Source: a virus
Taxonomy: Duplodnaviria > Caudoviricetes
IMG/VR virus record: IMGVR_UViG_3300042691_038938
Strand: one strand, 5' to 3'
DNA length: 64,000 nucleotides
Shown here: in pieces, positions 42,928 to 50,815 of the stretch
Numbering within the stretch: position 1 is the first letter of the stretch
How the letters are laid out: the number at the start of each line of letters is the position of its first letter
Notes under the pieces: generated by a model
Seen by the model: only the letters and a program-made list of their open reading frames with translations
Told to the model about the DNA's origin: nothing
The model's database searches: none
Made by a program: the position numbers and the translations under genes

Positions 42928-43167
42928 TTATTTACGTTTTCCTCCGCCTACGATGTTCTTGTTCTTAGCCGTAGTCATGTACTGCTTAGTGTACTTATCG
43001 ATGTGTGGAGTTCCTTTACCTTTAACTGGTCCTTCAATCAATCCTTGGTTGATCTTCATAGATCCATTCTTATCGTTTGCAGAAACGTTTGCTTTTCCAC
43101 GGTACCCGCTTTCAGCCTTTTTGAATGCTGCCATAAACTGGTTGTAGTTCATAACTGGATTTGCCAT
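42928..43167 (-). CDS. Small basic late protein, putative internal head protein
   Basis: PVMNYNQFM tag; late promoter at 43187-43193. Confidence 0.55.
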   Translation of the reverse strand: MANPVMNYNQFMAAFKKAESGYRGKANVSANDKNGSMKINQGLIEGPVKGKGTPHIDKYTKQYMTTAKNKNIVGGGKRK

Positions 43168-43254
43168 TGTTACTTAATTTTTTTATTATTTATCTTACTT
43201 TAAAAGAAAAAACCGAAAATGTCTTGACATAATCTAATCAGATATTCTAAAAAT

Positions 43255-43284
43255 AAAAAACCCCACTTTATCAGCGGGGTTTTT
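43255..43284 (-). terminator. Intrinsic terminator
   Basis: AAAAAACCCC-ACTTTATCAGC-GGGGTTTTT. Confidence 0.7.
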
Positions 43285-43301
43285 ATACTTTATTTAAAAA
43301 T

Positions 43302-43694
43302 TTATCCCTTAGGAAAAAATTGCTTTTTTAATTTAACTGCATACGCAACAGCGTCTGTCGCGGCCTTTTTAACTTCTGCATCTGTTCCATTTGGCCATCC
43401 AAATTCCTTCTTGTTTTTATTGCCATCTGAGTAAACAACATATTTCCAAGGATCAGTTAACTTTGAGTTAAGAAAAAGATTGACTCCTGTATTATGATCA
43501 GGATAACAAAAGTATCCCTTACCATATGATGAAAATCCAGACACATTTGGTTCATCAATGTATTTGAATCCAGCTGCAGCCATTCCTGGTTTTACAATTT
43601 GACCAAAGTGATCAAAATCCTTAACTCGCTCCATTTCAGCTTCTTCAGATTCATGAAGCTTACGCCAATTACTAAAATTTAAAACATTTCCCAT
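43302..43694 (-). CDS. Late hypothetical protein, putative internal head protein
   Basis: MGNVLNFSNWRKLHES tag; late promoter at 43715-43721. Confidence 0.6.
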   Translation of the reverse strand: MGNVLNFSNWRKLHESEEAEMERVKDFDHFGQIVKPGMAAAGFKYIDEPNVSGFSSYGKGYFCYPDHNTGVNLFLNSKLTDPWKYVVYSDGNKNKKEFGWPNGTDAEVKKAATDAVAYAVKLKKQFFPKG

Positions 43695-43795
43695 ATTTTA
43701 AAAATATTTTTTATTATTTATCTTTTTAAAGGAGAGATTTTTATAGTATAATAGACTTAACTACATAAATTAAACGCCATGAAAAAGTTAGTAAT
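43665..43795. repeat. Copy 1 of duplicated divergent-promoter module
   Basis: Aligns by eye with 44946-45074, including the first codons of both flanking genes. Confidence 0.8.
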
Positions 43796-44231
43796 TCTTT
43801 TAGTTCTATTGGTTTTAGCCGCTAAAGCCTTCTCTCAAACGATCACAATCGATGTTAAAGAAGCACAGTCTTACATTGATATAGGTCAGACCGACTTCCA
43901 AAGCGTTCTTGATGAACCTGATTGGGAAGACTTTCCTAGAACAACTAACTGTCGATATGTGATCGATTTACAGGACAGCACTTCAACCTTTTACCGAGAT
44001 GGAAAATTCGTAAGTGAGGTAAAGATTGACTATACTGAAGTATCTCCAGGTAAATACGTGATGACTACATACGACACTGCTGTTGAGTCTCACCGCTCAT
44101 CAATATCAGCACAAATGGTATTGGATACTAACGAGAAAACCGAAGAGTTTTTGTACAGCTACTATGACTTTATGGACGATAAGACGTATGTCGACATCCT
44201 AACTAAGTTCACGATAGTTCGACCTGTATAA
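43779..44231 (+). CDS. Secreted hypothetical protein (Sec signal peptide, ...AFS|Q)
   Basis: MKKLVILLVLLVLAAKAFSQ. Confidence 0.7.
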   Translation: MKKLVILLVLLVLAAKAFSQTITIDVKEAQSYIDIGQTDFQSVLDEPDWEDFPRTTNCRYVIDLQDSTSTFYRDGKFVSEVKIDYTEVSPGKYVMTTYDTAVESHRSSISAQMVLDTNEKTEEFLYSYYDFMDDKTYVDILTKFTIVRPV

Positions 44232-44247
44232 TATCTCTAAAGACAAG

Positions 44248-44275
44248 AAAAGCTCCTCAATTGAGGAGCTTTTTT
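44248..44275. terminator. Bidirectional terminator
   Basis: AAAAGCTCCTC-AATT-GAGGAGCTTTTTT. Confidence 0.85.
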
Positions 44276-44294
44276 AGTTTTATAAGGAAAGTAA

Positions 44295-44975
44295 TTAAGG
44301 CTTTTGAGTAGGAGTTGCCTTAGCTCTTTCCGTAGCAAGAAAATTACTTAGGAGAGAATGATCCTTTGAATACTTAACGTTGCCGTCTCCTCTAGGAACT
44401 CCGAAAGCTGCCGCAGCGTTACCGCCAGCCTCTCCAAGTTCTTTTTGTGAGATGATCGTCGCGATCCCTGCTGCAATCTGAGCCGCGTCACCATCGTTTG
44501 AAGGTTCTGCTCCAGATTGCACATCTAATTCATAATTTTTATCAGGTCCAATAGACATGATTTGTGACCATGAGCCATGACCTTTTAACACAACATCTCC
44601 GGCTAAATACTGAACACCATTCTTATAAACCAACGCTCTTAATACTCCGTTTTCTGCAGAGAATATCGCTTTTATGGTATTCACCTTTTTAGATTTATCA
44701 GCAGGGTCGAGTGAAGTCTTAAAGCTAATCACCTTGTAAGGTTGTCCAGTCTGTAGACCCATTTGTGTTGTGGTACCGGTAGTGGTTCCTACCATAGTCG
44801 TTAGTGTTTCAGCCTTTCCAGAATTTGTTCCAATTCGATTGAACGCTTTTGCGCTTTGTTCAGCTACAAATTGAATCTTATCAAGAGCTGCAAGATCAGC
44901 TGGAGTCGAACCTGTACCGGTCTCATCAGACTCGTATACTCTATACCAATTTCTAAAATTTAAAACGTGTGACAT
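44295..44975 (-). CDS. Late hypothetical protein, putative internal head protein
   Basis: MSHVLNFRNWYRVYES tag; late promoter at 44994-45000. Confidence 0.6.
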   Translation of the reverse strand: MSHVLNFRNWYRVYESDETGTGSTPADLAALDKIQFVAEQSAKAFNRIGTNSGKAETLTTMVGTTTGTTTQMGLQTGQPYKVISFKTSLDPADKSKKVNTIKAIFSAENGVLRALVYKNGVQYLAGDVVLKGHGSWSQIMSIGPDKNYELDVQSGAEPSNDGDAAQIAAGIATIISQKELGEAGGNAAAAFGVPRGDGNVKYSKDHSLLSNFLATERAKATPTQKP

Positions 44976-45074
44976 ACTAAAAATCTTTTTTGTTATTTAT
45001 CTTTAAAAGTTAGCAACTTTTTTAGTATAATAGACTTAACCACATAAATTAAACACCATGAAAAAGTTAGCAAT
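44946..45074. repeat. Copy 2 of duplicated divergent-promoter module
   Basis: TAGTATAATAGACTTAAC.ACATAAATTAAAC.CCATGAAAAAGTTAG shared with copy 1. Confidence 0.8.
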
Positions 45075-45597
45075 CATCTTGATCTTATTAGTAGTAGCAT
45101 TCGAGTCTTTCTCTCAAGTTCAATATGTAGAATCTTCAAAGTTAGATTCCCTAGTTTGGCATCGAATCAACTCTTACCTAGTCTCACTGGGCAAGACTCC
45201 AATCAAACACTTTGAGGACAGTCTCTCTCGAGAATACAGTTATGAAGTCACTAGAGTAAATGCTGACGCTGAGATGATCGCCCACAGCAAGAACGTAGGA
45301 TTGGTGACCACTGCTGAGTGCATCTATCAAGAGACTCACCGAGGCATGAATAGCGAGTTACAAGTGATGATTGATAAAAAAGAATATGATAAGATAGCAA
45401 AGCTTATCGTTGACTCTTGGATCGCTTCTGAGACCCATCGAAACCTGATCTCAATAAACAATTATGCTGCGACTACTGTGACTACTGTCCTGAAATACGA
45501 TAAGACCGGAAAGATCGCATCAGTCACCGCATCATGGCACGCAATCGACGATCCTAAGATCTGGACCACACGCAGCGGATATGTTTTTCGACCATAA
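45058..45597 (+). CDS. Secreted CAP/SCP-domain-like protein
   Basis: Signal peptide MKKLAII...SFS|Q; RINSYLVSLGKTPI and IVDSWIASETHRNLI resemble CAP motifs. Confidence 0.6.
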   Translation: MKKLAIILILLVVAFESFSQVQYVESSKLDSLVWHRINSYLVSLGKTPIKHFEDSLSREYSYEVTRVNADAEMIAHSKNVGLVTTAECIYQETHRGMNSELQVMIDKKEYDKIAKLIVDSWIASETHRNLISINNYAATTVTTVLKYDKTGKIASVTASWHAIDDPKIWTTRSGYVFRP

Positions 45598-45598
45598 C

Positions 45599-45627
45599 AA
45601 AAAAGGAGAGCAATTGCTCTCCTTTTT
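45599..45627. terminator. Bidirectional terminator
   Basis: AAAAGGAGAG-CAATTG-CTCTCCTTTTT. Confidence 0.85.
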
Positions 45628-45646
45628 CTATTTTAATAAGTAAGTA

Positions 45647-46978
45647 TTATTTCTTACCTACTGGCCTCTTTGCGCTAAAGTAATAAACTAGACATTCCAT
45701 TGCTTCTTTACCTCCTCTAGTAGAACCTGCAGTAGCAGTACTTCCAACTTTAGTTCCAACCTTTTCGATCTTAGGTTTTTGCTCGTTTGTTGCCAAGTTC
45801 AAGTCAACGAATCGACCGTTATTGTTAGGTCCTCCGGTAGATGCGATCTTCCACGTGATGGTGTAATCTTGGAAACCTGCATGACCTTGACCTGCCAATT
45901 GAGTGTTTAGCTCAGTCATGAAAGAGACTCCTCTGTCGTATGCTAATTTCTTGTTTTTAGCAGAGTCAGTTGTTCCTACTCCAGGATCAGTTGTTCCAGT
46001 AGTTACATCGTAACTCTTTTCCCAACCCGTAACGTTTTTGATCGCGCCGTATTCTGGGCTTGCTGAAGATATCAAATTAAATCCTGTAACAGTCTGGCCT
46101 TTAAACTTCTCAAGAATAGTCTTAGCAAGTTCTGCTACTTGCGTCTTACCTGCAGCAGTTAGGATAGATGATCCTACTTCAAATCCTACGTCTGCTTGAG
46201 TCTTATCTGCACTCACTCCTGCTGTAACTTTAGTCACATCAGTCTCAGTTCTAGTTGTAGTTGATCCTGAAGTGAGCTGAGGAATAAAGAAGATCACAGG
46301 ATCATCGACTCCTCCTGCTCCTGGAGTCAAGCTAATATCGAAAAATCCATCTGTGAAGTTATCTTCCTTCCCATTATACTGACCTGTGCTTGATCCAAAT
46401 GCCTTTGATTTTATGTTATATGAATTCATCGCTCTGATTGCATGTTCATATGACATGAATGCGTCATCGCCAACATTTCTTGCACTAATTACGCTGCCGC
46501 CAAAATACCAATCGCCTTTAGATGCGACATAACCTTCGTCTGGAGTAAATTTTACAGTATATCCAGCATCAGTGAATGATATTGAATTTGGGTCAAGCAT
46601 TTCAAATTCTTTTTCAGTAAACTGACCGGTAGCCGCTGTTAATAGCGTGGTTAGCAGAGTTGCTCCTACTTTTTCTATACTGCCGGCTTCAAGATTACCT
46701 CCATATTCTGTTACTGTTGATCCGCCGAGCAAACCAGAATGGCCTCCATTTTGATTAGAGATGCTCTTTAGTGAATTTGCAATTTTAACAATATTTTGAT
46801 TCTTATCATTAGCTGCAATAAATCCTCTTGCAAAGCCCCCATCAAAGATGATGTCCCTTAGATCAAGTTTATTAGCAATAGTAAGCTCTTGCTTAGGTAG
46901 CATCGGGTCGTTCTTTCCCTCAAAGATGGCAGCTTCATGTACAGCTCTCCACTTCTTGTAATTTAAAATGTATCCCAT
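45647..46978 (-). CDS. Late protein with C-terminal OmpA-like peptidoglycan-binding domain
   Basis: MGYILNYKKWRAVHEA tag; FEVGSSIL...LISSASPE...NKKLAYDRG...GRFVDL; late promoter at 46998-47004. Confidence 0.6.
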   Translation of the reverse strand: MGYILNYKKWRAVHEAAIFEGKNDPMLPKQELTIANKLDLRDIIFDGGFARGFIAANDKNQNIVKIANSLKSISNQNGGHSGLLGGSTVTEYGGNLEAGSIEKVGATLLTTLLTAATGQFTEKEFEMLDPNSISFTDAGYTVKFTPDEGYVASKGDWYFGGSVISARNVGDDAFMSYEHAIRAMNSYNIKSKAFGSSTGQYNGKEDNFTDGFFDISLTPGAGGVDDPVIFFIPQLTSGSTTTRTETDVTKVTAGVSADKTQADVGFEVGSSILTAAGKTQVAELAKTILEKFKGQTVTGFNLISSASPEYGAIKNVTGWEKSYDVTTGTTDPGVGTTDSAKNKKLAYDRGVSFMTELNTQLAGQGHAGFQDYTITWKIASTGGPNNNGRFVDLNLATNEQKPKIEKVGTKVGSTATAGSTRGGKEAMECLVYYFSAKRPVGKK

Positions 46979-47042
46979 TTTTTAGTTAGTTTTTAGTTAT
47001 TTATTCTTTAAAGCGGTCAAATTTTTTAGTATTTTATCTAAT

Positions 47043-47837
47043 ATGCCAGAATTAGCAGAGATAAAGATAATGGCGGACTACATCAATAAAGTCTGTCAGG
47101 AGAAGGATTTTACGAGCATCTCTTTCTCGGAGAGCGCACAGAGTAGAAAGTTAGGAATCACTCAACCCACTGACCTACAGATATTTAGGATTTCAGCTGA
47201 GTCTAGGGGCAAGGAGCTCATGCTCAGTCTCATTCAAGGAGGCGAAGTCTTTATGAAGATCTCCTTCTCAATGGGAATGTCGGGTCACTGGAGAGAGGTT
47301 CCTCCAGGATTTGAGCCTCCTAAGCACACGCATCTCCTATTTAATTACATAGGATTCGGATCCTTGTGCCTAGTTGACGTACGTCGATTCGCCAGATGGA
47401 AAGTAGTTGAAGACTGGTCCCAAAACCGTGGGCCCTGTCCAGTACACGATTTTACTGAGTTCAAGCACAACATCCTAGGAAACTTAGAGAAGCGAGAGTT
47501 TAATAAACCAATCCATCTTGTGCTCATGAATCAAAAGTATTTTAATGGAATAGGAAACTATCTCCGAGCCGAGATCCTCTTTCACGCCGATCAGGACCCT
47601 TTCATGGACGCTCGTACCGCTCTCTCAACAAATCCCGCAATCATTGAGCTTTGCGAAAGGCTTCCTAAAGAAGCATACGTTCTTGGAGGAGGTCAGCTAA
47701 AGGACTGGGAAAACCCATTTGAGGCCCCAGCTGGAGGATTTAATGAGTGGATGCAATGCTACGGTCGATCCAACCATATTGTGGACAAGAACGGTCGAAC
47801 CTTATGGTATCATGATTCCCAAGTCAAAACCAGTTAG
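47043..47837 (+). CDS. Fpg/Nei-family DNA glycosylase/AP lyase, NEIL1-like (zincless finger)
   Basis: MPELAE, RGKEL, GMSG, VDVRRFARW, RGPC, NQKYFNGIGNYLRAEILF, DKNGRTLWY. Confidence 0.9.
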   Translation: MPELAEIKIMADYINKVCQEKDFTSISFSESAQSRKLGITQPTDLQIFRISAESRGKELMLSLIQGGEVFMKISFSMGMSGHWREVPPGFEPPKHTHLLFNYIGFGSLCLVDVRRFARWKVVEDWSQNRGPCPVHDFTEFKHNILGNLEKREFNKPIHLVLMNQKYFNGIGNYLRAEILFHADQDPFMDARTALSTNPAIIELCERLPKEAYVLGGGQLKDWENPFEAPAGGFNEWMQCYGRSNHIVDKNGRTLWYHDSQVKTS

Positions 47838-47874
47838 GATTCTAGAGTTCTATACTATGTCTTAAACTTTTACC

Positions 47875-48048
47875 ATGATTAAACGATTGATTAGGAAGAG
47901 ATTGACTCGAAGAGAAAAGATCATCACACAAGTATGTTGTATTCAGATCTTAGATGCAATGAAAAAGAGGGAAGCTGAGCTTAGTGATATCGAAAGAGAA
48001 GTCCTTCCTGAGATAGAGATGATAATCAAAAAACTCGAAGTAAAATAA
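47875..48048 (+). CDS. 57-aa hypothetical protein (below ORF-track cutoff)
   Basis: MIKRLIRKRLTRREK...; stop overlaps the next ATG. Confidence 0.45.
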   Translation: MIKRLIRKRLTRREKIITQVCCIQILDAMKKREAELSDIEREVLPEIEMIIKKLEVK

Positions 48049-49643
48049 TGAGTGAAATCACACTGGGCTTTGAGCCTCGCCCACAACAGGTTCAGATCCT
48101 GGACTTTGTGAAAGAATCCATCAAGGATAAGAAAAAATTCATCATGATTGACGCTCCCACTGGAGTAGGCAAGTCATATGCGGCCATCATGATCGCGGAC
48201 TGGTACCGAAAGGAAATCACCAAAAAGGCCAAGGTAGACATAGTCACAAATACTAAGATCTTACAGGATCAGTATATTAAAGACTTTGAGTTTGCTGCAA
48301 ACCTAAAGGGTAAGAACAATTATTGGTGTCGTCGTCAGGGTATGGGCTGCGGAGATGCACAGATCATAAATAAAGCAAACGAGAACAAGTGCGAGCCCTG
48401 TCCACACAGGATGGCCCAGTCCAAGTTTCTACGCAGCCCCTTGAGTCTCACTAACTTTCACCTCATCACTACCTACTCGATGTACTCGCCTGAGATGATG
48501 ATCCAACGCAAGTCTAGGTTACTCATAATCGACGAGGCACACGCCTTTGAGGAGACCTATTGTGACTTCATCTCTTCAGTCTATTCTGAACGTAGCATCA
48601 GGTTACTAGACGTCTGGAGAGACTGGATGGAAAAGGACTTAGATGGAATCACCTCTCTCAACGAGCTTTCAGAGTGGACTAGAACAGTCCTGGTTCCATT
48701 ACTCGCACAGAAGGCTGAAGAGTTACTAAGCGAGGCTAAGGAAACTCGAATAAAGAAGAAAAAGATAGACTTGATCAAGAAAGCCGACCATGTCGACAAG
48801 TCGATGTGTAAGTATAACAGGTTCGTCAATGATAAGGAAAACTACAAGACTAACTGGACTTTTGAAAAGGACTTAGATCAGCATGGCAAGACTAGAATCT
48901 TAGTCGAACCTATCTGGGGAAACATCTACCTAAAGGACATGTTTTGGAACCAGTACGATCATGTGATATTCATGTCAGGTACGCTACTTGATAGGGAACT
49001 TATCTCATTCATCATGGGAGTCAATGAAGAAGAATCATCTTACATGGCTCTTCCATGTCCGTTCAAGGCTGAGAAGAGACCTGTGATCTACTTAAAATTC
49101 GGCAAGATGTCCTATTACCATAAGAAAGAGACCTTTGCTAGAGCAGTGCCGGTGATCTCTAGGATACTTGAGAAAAACCATGAGGTAAAGGGAATCATCC
49201 ACACTGCAAACTACGAGTTTAGTAACTGGATCAAGGCCTCAATCAAGGACAAACGACTCATATTTCACGACTCGGCCACTAGAGAGAAGTCATTAGAGAA
49301 TCACCTTACTTCCAAGTTAGAGACTGTCCTAGTCTCTCCGTCAATGATAAATGGAGTCGACTTGAAGGATGAACTCTCCCGTTTTCAGGTGATCCTAAAG
49401 GTTCCCTTTCCTAACCTAGTGAGCACCAAGATCAAGAAGAGGCTTGAATCCAAGCCAGAATGGTACAATTGGAAGACTCTAGTCGACCTCTTACAGGCAT
49501 ATGGTAGATCAATTAGAAACGACGAGGACTGGGCAGAAACGTTCATCTTAGACGAATGCTTCGATCAGGTGTTAAATAATAAAACGGTGCCCAAATATTT
49601 TTTAGAGGCACTAAAAATTAAAAAGCTAGGAAACAAGGCATGA
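48048..49643 (+). CDS. DinG/XPD (Rad3)-family SF2 helicase
   Basis: DAPTGVGKS, Cys cluster (WCRRQGMGC...CEPC), DEAH, MSGTL, GVDL, QAYGRSIR. Confidence 0.88.
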   Translation: MSEITLGFEPRPQQVQILDFVKESIKDKKKFIMIDAPTGVGKSYAAIMIADWYRKEITKKAKVDIVTNTKILQDQYIKDFEFAANLKGKNNYWCRRQGMGCGDAQIINKANENKCEPCPHRMAQSKFLRSPLSLTNFHLITTYSMYSPEMMIQRKSRLLIIDEAHAFEETYCDFISSVYSERSIRLLDVWRDWMEKDLDGITSLNELSEWTRTVLVPLLAQKAEELLSEAKETRIKKKKIDLIKKADHVDKSMCKYNRFVNDKENYKTNWTFEKDLDQHGKTRILVEPIWGNIYLKDMFWNQYDHVIFMSGTLLDRELISFIMGVNEEESSYMALPCPFKAEKRPVIYLKFGKMSYYHKKETFARAVPVISRILEKNHEVKGIIHTANYEFSNWIKASIKDKRLIFHDSATREKSLENHLTSKLETVLVSPSMINGVDLKDELSRFQVILKVPFPNLVSTKIKKRLESKPEWYNWKTLVDLLQAYGRSIRNDEDWAETFILDECFDQVLNNKTVPKYFLEALKIKKLGNKA

Positions 49644-50815
49644 AATACTTAAGAATAAGTTATCCACAGCTTAGAACAGAGGTCTTGTCTGGGCTTACTA
49701 TCTCAACTGCGCTGGTTCCTGAAGCAATCTCATTTGCTCTACTCATTGGAGTGTCTCCAACTGCTGGTATATGGGCAGCCTTCTTCATGGCATTATCCAC
49801 TTCCCTTTTTGGAGGCAGGCCTGCCATAATAAGCGGTGCGACTGGCGCGACTGCAGTCATACTAGCGGCCCTTGTTTCTCTTCATGGAGAAGATAATCTA
49901 TACCTTGCTGTGATTTTAGCTGGAGTGATCCAGTTAATCTTGTGGATTAGCGGAGGTTGGAAAGTATTCAAGACGGTTCCTAAGATCGTAATTTCCGGAT
50001 TCCTAATTTCACTATCGATACTAATACTTCAAAGTCAATTCAAGTATTTTAAGATAGGTGGACTTTCGAGTATCCAACAGGTAATAATGGTAGGGATAGT
50101 TGTAGTATCAGCCGGCTCAATGTATGTTTCCAGTAAAAGATTCAAATTTCCTCCAGCAATCGCCGCAATATTGATGGGATCAGTTCTTAGTTCTTTCTTT
50201 GCTCTTCCTCTAATACAGGATCTTTCTGCTATATCAAATCGTTTACCTGAATTAGTCACTCCATCAGTTTCATTAGAGTCTTTATTACTAGTCTTGCCGT
50301 ATTCATTAGGTATGGCAATTTCCGGTCTTACTGAATCTCTAATCGCAGTAGATGAAGTCTGTCATAAACTAGGAACCCCAAAGGGAAAAGATCCAAAGTC
50401 TAAAGAAACCTTTGCTCAAGGCATAGGTAATATAGTGAGCGGCTTTTTTACTTCAATTGGAGGCTGTGTCCTCGTAGGTCAGACTAATTTAAACGTCGCA
50501 GCTGGCGCAAAATATCGAGTATCATCCCTAATTGCGAGCCTAGGTCTCTTATTGATCATACTCATTTTTGGAAAGTATATTCAGCTAATTCCTTTAGCTG
50601 GACTCATAGGAGTAATGATAATTGTAGTCTATGAAACTGGCGATTGGTCAAAACTTAAGGATAAAAATAGAGTAAATATAGCAACTCTTATCGTGACGAT
50701 AGCCGCTTCGCTAATCACTCACAATCTTGCGGTAGGAGTCTTGTTTGGAAGTATCACATACTACGCAATAAAAAAGTTAGTAAAGAATAATGGCAAAGAA
50801 AAAGATCGAGGATAA
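49640..50815 (+). CDS. SulP/SLC26-family anion transporter, TM domain only (no STAS)
   Basis: EVLSGLT...VPEAISFAL..GV.P..G; FGGRPAIISGATGA; QGIGNIVSGFF..IGGC..VGQT. Confidence 0.85.
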   Translation: MKYLRISYPQLRTEVLSGLTISTALVPEAISFALLIGVSPTAGIWAAFFMALSTSLFGGRPAIISGATGATAVILAALVSLHGEDNLYLAVILAGVIQLILWISGGWKVFKTVPKIVISGFLISLSILILQSQFKYFKIGGLSSIQQVIMVGIVVVSAGSMYVSSKRFKFPPAIAAILMGSVLSSFFALPLIQDLSAISNRLPELVTPSVSLESLLLVLPYSLGMAISGLTESLIAVDEVCHKLGTPKGKDPKSKETFAQGIGNIVSGFFTSIGGCVLVGQTNLNVAAGAKYRVSSLIASLGLLLIILIFGKYIQLIPLAGLIGVMIIVVYETGDWSKLKDKNRVNIATLIVTIAASLITHNLAVGVLFGSITYYAIKKLVKNNGKEKDRG

